Shown here one piece after another: positions 9,680 to 18,243 of a stretch of DNA of 64,000 nt (its first letter is position 1; each line of letters opens with the position of its first letter). The DNA comes from Bacillota bacterium (lineage in GTDB: Bacteria > Bacillota > Ch66 > Ch109), in the NCBI GenBank assembly GCA_050952625.1, contig JBMNLH010000001.1, forward strand, positions 32,001-96,000, given 5' to 3'. The notes beneath the pieces are model-generated. The model was not told the DNA's origin, made no database searches, and saw only the letters and a list, made by a program, of their open reading frames with translations. Position numbers and translations under genes: made by a program.

Positions 9680-10466
9680 TTGATGATCCATTTTCTGGGG
9701 GGATTTTCTTTGGTCCTAATGCGCGTCTATCGCCTTCGGATTCCCTTGATAATTGGCCTAGTAATTGGTATATTTGTTCTCTACGGTTTGCGCCAATATT
9801 ATTTAAGTTCAGAGGCGGATAAGGCAATTGAAACTATGTCTTGGGCGGTGGCTAATCGAGTTATTGTCGTTGATCCCGGTCATGGAGGGATTGATCCGGG
9901 TGCAGTTGGACCTTCCGGGATTCTGGAAAAGGATATTACTTTAATTATTGGCCATAAGGTGTCCCGATTGCTAGGCGAAGCCGGGGCCCGCGGTGATTAT
10001 GACCCGAGAGGCAGATGTTGACCTTAGTGATCCCGGCAGCGGCAGTCTCCTGGAAAAGAAACGGCAGGATCTGGCGCGCCGAGCTGCCTACGCCAACGAA
10101 CGGAAGGCCGAACTATTATTAAGTATCCATGTCAATAGCTTTCCCTCCTCTAAATGGTGGGGAGCTCAAACCTTCTATCTGCGCAATAGTCAAGAGGGGA
10201 AGAGGTTAGCCGAGTTGATTCAGGCCGAACTGATTCGAGTTTTGGGGAATAATAATCGACGCCAAGTTAAACCGGAAGTTTACTATATTATGCAAAATAC
10301 TAATATGCCGACCGTCATTATTGAGGTAGGTTTTATCTCCAATCCCAAGGAGGAAGCCTTGATGGCTGATCCGATCTATCAGGAGAAGATTGCCCAGGCG
10401 ATTTATGCTGGGGTGGTGCGTTATTTTTCCGAGGAATTGAATACGAGAACGAGTCGAGAGGGGTAA
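9680..10466 (+). CDS. cwlD: germination N-acetylmuramoyl-L-alanine amidase CwlD; single frameshift near 9990
   Basis: N-terminal TM helix and VDPGHGGIDPG...EKDITL; second ORF continues MTRE.D, SIHVN, GAQTFY, IIEVGFISN; the two ORFs join with a one-base correction. Start codon uncertain. Confidence 0.8.
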
Positions 10467-10594
10467 AAGTGTGAGAGGTTTGCCATGGGGTGAGAGAGTT
10501 AGGGGGTGAGTGGTAGGGCGAAAAGCTGATATAAACGACTAAAAGTGAAGCGGGAGAAGTTTTCACTCGCTTCACTTTTAATTGTCTGAGTTAA

Positions 10595-10692
10595 CAGTCC
10601 CCTACTTCTCTAAGTGGGGGTTACCTTATTCAAACTTCAGGTAGAGCAGAGTTTCCACCTGAGGCCTCGATGTTCAAGCTGAACGAGTTCCC
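10595..10692 (-). mobile_element. possible IS200/IS605-family end remnant
   Basis: Minus strand gaactcgttcagc..gaacatcg..cctcaggtgg...acctgaag...cccccacttagagaagtagggg, stacked hairpins resembling clostridial IS605 ends (recalled, not searched). Confidence 0.4.
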
Positions 10693-11111
10693 TTGACAGT
10701 AGCTCCTCAGGTCATTTCGCAGCACCAGCAAAACAAGAATACCAAAGCCACTGTGTTAAATGCAGGTCATAATTGACACAAAATGGATAAAAAATATATT
10801 CTCGGAGCACCCTCAAAAAAGAGAAAAATTGCACAAAACGTCGAATGGAAATAAACACATGCCTTATCATATATTAGCAATAATAGCTATTGTTATGCCC
10901 TATTCTTTACTGCCGAGGCTTCCAAGTCAGTTATATTCCTGCCTTAATTAATTATACGAAGCAGAGGTGAGTTTTGGGGGGCTACCGATTGGCTAATGAC
11001 AAAAAAATAAATTAATCATGTATAACATTTTATGAAAAAGATGAACTGCACTACATCAGCCTTATCACAATCACATCTTAGCAATTCATAAGATGTTTAT
11101 TAATCTCTGCA

Positions 11112-13472
11112 TTGAAATGGGGTTATATGTTGGATAATAACAAAACCAATCAGATAACAAATAAAAACGCCCGGTTTAAAGTATTACTGATGGCCTTCAG
11201 TCTATTGATTATCATTATGTCATTTACCGGGTTCGTCAACTATATGACTTTTGCGGATAATTACAATAATTCTTTAGCCAGCACCTACTCAGTTGCCGGA
11301 AACGAGTTAGTTAGAAAAATTGAGTATGCTCTGCTCTATGGCAAACCAATCGAAAATTACTATGGCATGAATGAAACATTGAATGAATTAAAAGAGGTTA
11401 TTCCCGAGGTTGGAGAGGTAAATATTGTTTCTCCTGACGGTACCCTTATGTACGATTTAAGCGGTTTTGTCAGGGATAGACGCTTACCTGACGATTTATT
11501 AAAAGCGGCTGCCTTTCAGCAGGGGACATTAAATGAAAATTTAAGCTACCAGTTTTATGAAAATAACACTTATGTGTTTATCAAGATTAAGGATAGTACG
11601 GCACAGCATGTGGCTAGCTTAGCCATGGTTTTTCCCGAAGGTACTTTTCTGCACGCAAACTTTGAAGCTGCCTTTTCCCAGTTTAGTAGTTCCTTTTCCA
11701 AACAATTGGTGGGGTATCTTTTAGGTATTGTACTGCTGGCGATGTTATTGTTATTCCTTATTTTCCTTAAGACTACAGTTTATAATGAGGCTAATTCACT
11801 AAATACCAAGAAAATCTTAATTATATTTATTGCCGTGTTAGGTTCGGCCCAACTTATGTATAGTGGGGTGAACTATTATCTATTTAAAAATGCCTATGTC
11901 GACATGGCATATACTAGCAAGAATTTTATTGAGAATACAATTGAAAAAAATGTGACCGGTGTGTATGCCAAGGGACTAAGCTTGCAAAATATCGAAGGTT
12001 TCGATGCATATCTTGACTCAATCAAAGATAGTATCGCGCAGATTGAGGATATTACTTACGAGATAAATCCGGCAAACTCTGAACAGATCAGCCGGTTTAA
12101 TGCGCTCATTTCTAATGATTACATAAATCAACAAATGTCCAAAATTCTACTGGATATGTTAACGGTCTTAATTATATCCATCTTCTTTATGATTGAGCTA
12201 ACCTTACTGGCGGTTGTCATTATGACCAGGGGGCCAACTTCTGCCTCCCGGCAGTTGGAAACTGACATCGATATAACCAGCAGTCATCGGTTAGTCCGGG
12301 CTTTGGTGTTCTTTATTAGTTTAAGCACCTTTATGTCTCTTACTTTTGTACCGATTGTGATGAAAAATATTTATCAACCTTTCCTGGGATTACCTAGAGA
12401 TGTGGTGTTAGGATTGCCACTTTCAGCAGAAATGCTGGGTGGGATTCTAGCCATTATTTTGGCTGGCCGGTCAATTAATAAAAGCAGTTGGCAGCAGGTC
12501 TTTTATCTAGGGGCCGTGTTCTTAGCAGTCGGTAATTTACTATCAGGATTAAGTGATACGGTTATTGCTTATACCCTTTCACGGGCGGTAGCTGGTTGGG
12601 GTTCCGGTTACATTTTAATAACTATCCGTACCCTGGCGGTATCATTACCGGACCGAACGGTCGCTATTGCCGAATTTTCGGCCGGTTCGATTGCTGGATT
12701 GAACTGTGGGGCCGTAATTGGGGGTATGTTGGCTGATCGGATTGGATATAGCGCGGTTTTTTGTATCGCCGCTGTTACCGTAGCCTTTTCCGTTTTCTTC
12801 GTTTATCGGCTAATGCCCGGTTATACAATTGAAGCGAAAGGAACCGGCAGCAGTTCGGTGATGGCCAACTTGGTTAATCTTATTACAGACAAGAAAGCCA
12901 TGGTATTTCTTGCCTGCATCTTTATCCCCTACTTTGTTGCGGGAGCATTTCTGGATTATTACTTTCCTCTATTTGCCTCAAGCAATAACCTTTCCCAAAG
13001 TGACATTAGTCGAGGTATTCTGCTGAATGGTCTATTCGTAATCTATCTGGGTCCGGTTTTAAGCCGATTGCTCTCAGACAGACTAGGTAACACTAATGGG
13101 ATGGTCGTATCTGTACTGATTGTCGTTTGTGCCTTAGGAACCTTCATTATGTTTGGCAATATTCCGGCAGCCTTTGTGACGATTATTTTATTAGGGATTG
13201 CCGATAGCTTTGGCGTGGCCATGAAGACAAATTATTTTTTGGGTTTAAACGGAATCAAAAATTTAGAACTCAATCAGGGGATTGCTGTATTTAGCGGGAT
13301 GGTAAATTTGAGCAGAATGGCGGGACCGATTGTATATGGCTTGGCGTTATCTTTGGGAATGAGAATGGGGGTGGGGATAATTGCGCTTGTGATATTTGTC
13401 TTATTGCTGGTGTTTGTCTTTGTTACCAAGGTTACGTCTGAGAAAAGCGATGCTTTTACGGTTGGAAGTTAA
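11112..13472 (+). CDS. MFS transporter with an extended N-terminal extracytoplasmic/sensor-like region
   Basis: C-terminal ~400 aa with 12 TMs and GGMLADRIG, SRLLSDRLG; N-terminal TM-loop-TM modules. Confidence 0.75.
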   Translation: MKWGYMLDNNKTNQITNKNARFKVLLMAFSLLIIIMSFTGFVNYMTFADNYNNSLASTYSVAGNELVRKIEYALLYGKPIENYYGMNETLNELKEVIPEVGEVNIVSPDGTLMYDLSGFVRDRRLPDDLLKAAAFQQGTLNENLSYQFYENNTYVFIKIKDSTAQHVASLAMVFPEGTFLHANFEAAFSQFSSSFSKQLVGYLLGIVLLAMLLLFLIFLKTTVYNEANSLNTKKILIIFIAVLGSAQLMYSGVNYYLFKNAYVDMAYTSKNFIENTIEKNVTGVYAKGLSLQNIEGFDAYLDSIKDSIAQIEDITYEINPANSEQISRFNALISNDYINQQMSKILLDMLTVLIISIFFMIELTLLAVVIMTRGPTSASRQLETDIDITSSHRLVRALVFFISLSTFMSLTFVPIVMKNIYQPFLGLPRDVVLGLPLSAEMLGGILAIILAGRSINKSSWQQVFYLGAVFLAVGNLLSGLSDTVIAYTLSRAVAGWGSGYILITIRTLAVSLPDRTVAIAEFSAGSIAGLNCGAVIGGMLADRIGYSAVFCIAAVTVAFSVFFVYRLMPGYTIEAKGTGSSSVMANLVNLITDKKAMVFLACIFIPYFVAGAFLDYYFPLFASSNNLSQSDISRGILLNGLFVIYLGPVLSRLLSDRLGNTNGMVVSVLIVVCALGTFIMFGNIPAAFVTIILLGIADSFGVAMKTNYFLGLNGIKNLELNQGIAVFSGMVNLSRMAGPIVYGLALSLGMRMGVGIIALVIFVLLLVFVFVTKVTSEKSDAFTVGS

Positions 13473-13517
13473 TTGCACTTTTATTTTAAATTTTAATGAA
13501 AATCGAGGTCTTTTGAA

Positions 13518-14663
13518 ATGAATCAAATGACAAAGATACTTTTAACATGTATTTTTTCACTATTCATTTTAACTGGATGCGTTGAAAGCCAATTAGCCAT
13601 CCAAAGGGAAAAAGACGCGGGGCAGGGTGAACAGATTGTTGTCGGCGTGCCGGTCCCCCTAGAATTTGCCCGGGAAAATACTAAATTTTTACAAGGCTTA
13701 GATTTAGCCCTGGAAGATATCAACGCGGAGGGGATTAACGGTAAGAAAATTAGTTTGGAAGTCGTAGATGACGAAGGAAATTTTAAAACTGCCGTTGATG
13801 TCGCCCAGCAGTTTAGCCAGAATACCCGGATGGCCGCCGTGATTGGGCATTGGTATTCTGATATTTGCCTGCCGGTAGCCAATATATACGAAGATGCCGG
13901 GATGTTGATGGTGGTTCCCACTGTCTCCAATCCGGAGCTGACAGAAAAAGGATATAAATATGTCATCCAGAGTATTACCAATGACAAAAAAATTGCCGAA
14001 AAAATGTGTGCTCATGCTAAAAACATGGGATATAAAAGAGCAGTTATTTGTTATGAAGAAAGTTCTTATGGTAAAAATCTGGCTGAGGCCATCGAAAAAG
14101 AGGCAGCCGCCAACAATATCAAGATTGTTGATAGAAGTTCCGGTTTAGTAACTGAAGAGCAGTTTAAAAAAGCCTGCGATAAGTGGAAAGCCCTGGAGTA
14201 TGAGGCAGTACTATTAGCCCTGAATATGCCTGAGGGAGCTACTTATATCAGCGAACTTAAAAAAATGCACCAAAATATTGGGATTATTTCGGCTGACGGA
14301 TTAGATGTGAGTAATTTCATTGAGTTGCTTGGCAAAGATGCCGAGGGAGTAGTAATTATTACTACCTATAGTCCTTATAGTAAAAGACGCGAGCTAGATG
14401 AATTTACTCAGAAATATCAAGTGAAATACAATGAAGAACCAGATGTCTGGGCAATCCAGGGGTATGAATCGCTGCAGCTTATTGCCCACGCCATAAAGCA
14501 AACCAATAGCGTTTCAGCGGCAGCCTTAGCCGATTATTTGCGTTCTATGGATCCCTGGCTCTCTGTCTCAGGGAATATTCATTTTAACGAGTATGGAGAA
14601 ATCATTGGAAGGGATGTTTACCAGAAGGCGGTTGTTAACGGACAGTTTCAGTATCTTGATTGA
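13518..14663 (+). CDS. LivJ-type (periplasmic binding protein type 1) substrate-binding lipoprotein
   Basis: Lipobox LTGC; LALEDINAEGINGKKI..VVDD and AVIGH motifs. Confidence 0.85.
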   Translation: MNQMTKILLTCIFSLFILTGCVESQLAIQREKDAGQGEQIVVGVPVPLEFARENTKFLQGLDLALEDINAEGINGKKISLEVVDDEGNFKTAVDVAQQFSQNTRMAAVIGHWYSDICLPVANIYEDAGMLMVVPTVSNPELTEKGYKYVIQSITNDKKIAEKMCAHAKNMGYKRAVICYEESSYGKNLAEAIEKEAAANNIKIVDRSSGLVTEEQFKKACDKWKALEYEAVLLALNMPEGATYISELKKMHQNIGIISADGLDVSNFIELLGKDAEGVVIITTYSPYSKRRELDEFTQKYQVKYNEEPDVWAIQGYESLQLIAHAIKQTNSVSAAALADYLRSMDPWLSVSGNIHFNEYGEIIGRDVYQKAVVNGQFQYLD

Positions 14664-14689
14664 TCTTATAGTAAAAGGAAGGAATAATC

Positions 14690-16033
14690 ATGTCAGAGAA
14701 TAAGCTTTTTAGAAAAGTATCCCTGGACCGCTTATCCTCGCCAGAAGAACTGGACCAGCGGTTAAAGGTGGTTTCACCTATCGGATGGGTTGCTCTGATT
14801 GCGGTTGGTATCCTGATAGCAGCGGCTCTAGTTTGGGGATTTTTAGGCAGCATTGCTGATAAGGCTACCGGTCAAGGGATTATTATCTCTAGCGGGGGCA
14901 TTACCGGGATTGTTCACCATGCTAATGGACAGGTAACCGACGTAAGTGTAAACGACGGTGATTATGTTCAAAAAGGTCAGGTAATCGCTCGGATTCAGCA
15001 AACCGAACTTATTGAAGAGATCAACAAATACAAACAGGACCTAGAGGCGGCGCGGGCTATTGATCTGGACAATCTCGAATTGAACAACAGCCGGCTCAAT
15101 TTTAATATCTATGGGAAAATTGGCGAAATTTATAAAAACTTTCAAGCAGCCGAAGCTAATCTCGAGACGCAAAGAACCTATTACAATACGCAAAAAGCTC
15201 AAGCTGAGTATGAGTTGGAGCAGGCCAGGATTCAATATGAAGATAGTCTGGAGAAATACAATAAATACAAAACCCTATACGAAAGTGGAGCGGTATCAGA
15301 GAGAGAATTGACTGATTATGAGCGACAATTGCAAGTTCATGAATTAGCCTACAAAACTAAACAACAAAACTATGTTCAATTGCCCTTATCCCAGTTGCTC
15401 GAGGCAGAAGCTAATTTTGAGGCCCAAAAGCAGTGGCTTAAAGATACCATTACTGTTTCGATTCTAGATCTGGAAAATAATATTGCCAAAATGCAACGAG
15501 ATTTAATGACTAATAGTGAGATAATTGCCAGTGTTTCGGGTCGGATCCTGGAGTTGAGGTTTAAAAAAGGCGACATTGTTCAAGCGGGCAGTGTTATTTG
15601 CACGATTGCCGAAGAAAGAGCCCAAACTGATTCGCTGGAAGCAGTTATTTATGTACCGGTGGACCAAGGCAAAAAAATAACACCCGGTATGGAAGCCAAT
15701 ATCTCGCCGACGACAGTGAAAAAAGAAGAATTCGGCTTTATGCTGGGCAATGTTGTTTCTGTTTCTGAATTCCCATCTAGTGCCCAAGGAATGATGGTCA
15801 CGTTGGGTAACAGTGAACTAGTGCAACAGCTATCCAGAGAAGGTCCGCCCATTGAGGTTCGGGTGAAGCTGATCATGGATAGCAGTACCCCCAGCGGTTA
15901 TAAATGGTCCACCTCGCAAGGGCCACCGATTATTGTTGATGACGGTACTTTTTGTTTAGGGGAAGTAAAAGTTGAAGAAAAAAGGCCGATTAGTATGGTA
16001 ATCCCGTTTATTAAAAAGCTTTTGCCCATCTAA
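14690..16033 (+). CDS. NHLP bacteriocin system secretion protein (HlyD-like)
   Basis: LFRKVSLDRLSSPEELD N-terminus, KKEEFG, SGYKWS and RPIS.VIP motifs of the TIGR03794-type family. Confidence 0.9.
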   Translation: MSENKLFRKVSLDRLSSPEELDQRLKVVSPIGWVALIAVGILIAAALVWGFLGSIADKATGQGIIISSGGITGIVHHANGQVTDVSVNDGDYVQKGQVIARIQQTELIEEINKYKQDLEAARAIDLDNLELNNSRLNFNIYGKIGEIYKNFQAAEANLETQRTYYNTQKAQAEYELEQARIQYEDSLEKYNKYKTLYESGAVSERELTDYERQLQVHELAYKTKQQNYVQLPLSQLLEAEANFEAQKQWLKDTITVSILDLENNIAKMQRDLMTNSEIIASVSGRILELRFKKGDIVQAGSVICTIAEERAQTDSLEAVIYVPVDQGKKITPGMEANISPTTVKKEEFGFMLGNVVSVSEFPSSAQGMMVTLGNSELVQQLSREGPPIEVRVKLIMDSSTPSGYKWSTSQGPPIIVDDGTFCLGEVKVEEKRPISMVIPFIKKLLPI

Positions 16034-16064
16034 ATAAAGTGCTTGGATTTTGAGGTGATAAATT

Positions 16065-18224
16065 TTGCAGGAAACGCAAAAAAGAAGAAAAGTGCCTTCC
16101 ATCTTGCAGATGGAAGCAGTGGAATGCGGTGCTGCATCCCTGGCAATGATTTTTGCCTATTACAAAAAACACCTGCCTCTGGAGAAACTAAGGGTTGATT
16201 GCGGGGTTACTCGTGACGGAGTAAAGGCTAGCAATATCTTAAAAGCTGCCCGGAGACATGGATTTACCGCCAAGGGATTTAGAAAAGAACCGGCCGAGTT
16301 AAAAAATGTGCCTCTGCCGGCGATTATTCATTGGAATTTTAATCACTTTGTTGTCTTAGAAGGATTTCGCAAAGACAAGGTTTATATTAATGACCCGGCT
16401 AGTGGCCCTAGAGTCATTTCCGAAGAAGAATTTGACTTGGCCTTTACCGGGGTAATCTTGACCTTTGAACCGGGACCAGAATTTCAGCCAAGCGGTAAAA
16501 AGCCAAGCTTTGTTGCTTCATTAAAAAATTGGCTGACCGGTTCCAAGGCAGTCATCACCTATTTAGTGCTTATCGGGCTATTAATGGTCATACCCGGTCT
16601 CATAGTGCCGGCCTTTAGCAAGATTTTTATTGATGACGTTTTATTAGGCGGCAAAGGTGATTGGCTTAAACCCTTGCTTTGGGCGATGGGACTAGTTGTC
16701 GTATTGCAGGCAGTCTTGACCTGGTTGCAGCAGCATTACCTGTTGAAAATGGAGACCAAAACAGCGGTAACCAACGCAGGGAAATTCTTTTGGCATATTT
16801 TTCGGTTACCAGTCGTCTTTTTTCAACAGCGCTCAGTTGGCGATATATCCAACCGCATGCAAAGTAACGATCAGGTAGCGGCCTTTTTATCGCGAGATCT
16901 AGCGGAATCAGCCATTGGTTTTTTAACGATTGGGTTTTACTTAATTGTCATGCTGCAATACAGTGTATACCTTACCCTGGTATCTCTTGTAGCTGCTGCT
17001 TTAAGCATCGCCTACCTATATTATTCGTCCAACAAGATTGAAACTTTAAACAAAAAACTCTTACAGGACAAAGGTAAGGTAATGGGTTTCTCAATATCCG
17101 GGTTATATATTATTGAAACGCTAAAAGCTTCGGCCTCAGAGTCGGATTTTTTTGCCAAATGGTCGGGCTACCATGCTAAAGAGATCAATGCCCAACAAGG
17201 CCTGGGCAAAACAACCCAAGTCTTGTTCCACTTACCTGAATTTCTGACTCAGTTTGCTGACGTAATTGTTCTATTTGTGGGCGGTCTGATTATCATCAGT
17301 GGCGACTTAACCATCGGTTCATTGATTGCTTTCCAAGGTCTGGTCGGCAATTTTATGGCACCGGTAAATGGGCTAACGCAAATGGGGATGAAAATGAAGC
17401 AAGTGCAAGGGGATATTAACCGTTTGGAAGATGTTTTTAAGTATAGCATTGATGAGAATGTCAGCCGGGAAGTGCCAGTTGCCAAAGAAGACGATGCACA
17501 CAAAAAGCTGGAAGGTTACGTCGAAATAAAAGACTTGTCATTTGGTTACAATCCCTGGGATCCCCCGCTGATCGAGAATTTTAGTCTGACCCTTAAACCT
17601 GGTTCCCGGGTTGCCTTAGTCGGCAGCTCCGGGAGCGGTAAAAGTACAGTAGCCAAGTTGATTGCCGGTATTTACCAGCCTTGGTCCGGCGAAATACTAT
17701 TTGACGGACAAAGCAGGGAACAGATACCACGCAATGTGATAACCAACTCTATGGCCGTAGTTGACCAGGATATTACCTTATTTGACGGAACGATCAGGGA
17801 AAACCTCGCCATGTGGGACAGCACTATTCCTGAAGCCAGCATTATTCAAGCAGCGAAAGATGCCTGTATTCATGATGATATAGCCATCAGAGACCATGGT
17901 TATGACCATAAAGTCAGTGAAGGCGGGGCTAATTTTAGCGGCGGTCAGAGGCAGCGGCTGGAAATTGCTAGGGCATTGGCTGGAAATCCATCAATCTTGA
18001 TCCTTGACGAGGCAACAAGCGCGCTGGACGTACATACAGAAAACCTGGTGGACCAAAACATTCGCCGTCGGGGTTGTACCTGTGTGATTGTCGCCCATCG
18101 TTTAAGTACAATTAGGGATTGTGATGAAATAATTGTCATGGACCGGGGTAAAATCGTTCAACGCGGCACGCACGATCAATTAAAAAATATCGAAGGGCTT
18201 TATGCACAGCTGATCGGTGCTTAA
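16065..18224 (+). CDS. NHLP export ABC transporter with C39 peptidase, permease and ATPase domains
   Basis: ILQMEAVECGAASL (catalytic Cys), HWNFNHFVV, Walker A GSSGSGKS, FSGGQRQR, ILDEATS. Confidence 0.92.
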   Translation: MQETQKRRKVPSILQMEAVECGAASLAMIFAYYKKHLPLEKLRVDCGVTRDGVKASNILKAARRHGFTAKGFRKEPAELKNVPLPAIIHWNFNHFVVLEGFRKDKVYINDPASGPRVISEEEFDLAFTGVILTFEPGPEFQPSGKKPSFVASLKNWLTGSKAVITYLVLIGLLMVIPGLIVPAFSKIFIDDVLLGGKGDWLKPLLWAMGLVVVLQAVLTWLQQHYLLKMETKTAVTNAGKFFWHIFRLPVVFFQQRSVGDISNRMQSNDQVAAFLSRDLAESAIGFLTIGFYLIVMLQYSVYLTLVSLVAAALSIAYLYYSSNKIETLNKKLLQDKGKVMGFSISGLYIIETLKASASESDFFAKWSGYHAKEINAQQGLGKTTQVLFHLPEFLTQFADVIVLFVGGLIIISGDLTIGSLIAFQGLVGNFMAPVNGLTQMGMKMKQVQGDINRLEDVFKYSIDENVSREVPVAKEDDAHKKLEGYVEIKDLSFGYNPWDPPLIENFSLTLKPGSRVALVGSSGSGKSTVAKLIAGIYQPWSGEILFDGQSREQIPRNVITNSMAVVDQDITLFDGTIRENLAMWDSTIPEASIIQAAKDACIHDDIAIRDHGYDHKVSEGGANFSGGQRQRLEIARALAGNPSILILDEATSALDVHTENLVDQNIRRRGCTCVIVAHRLSTIRDCDEIIVMDRGKIVQRGTHDQLKNIEGLYAQLIGA

Positions 18225-18243
18225 TTAAGCTCGAAAGAGGGGT

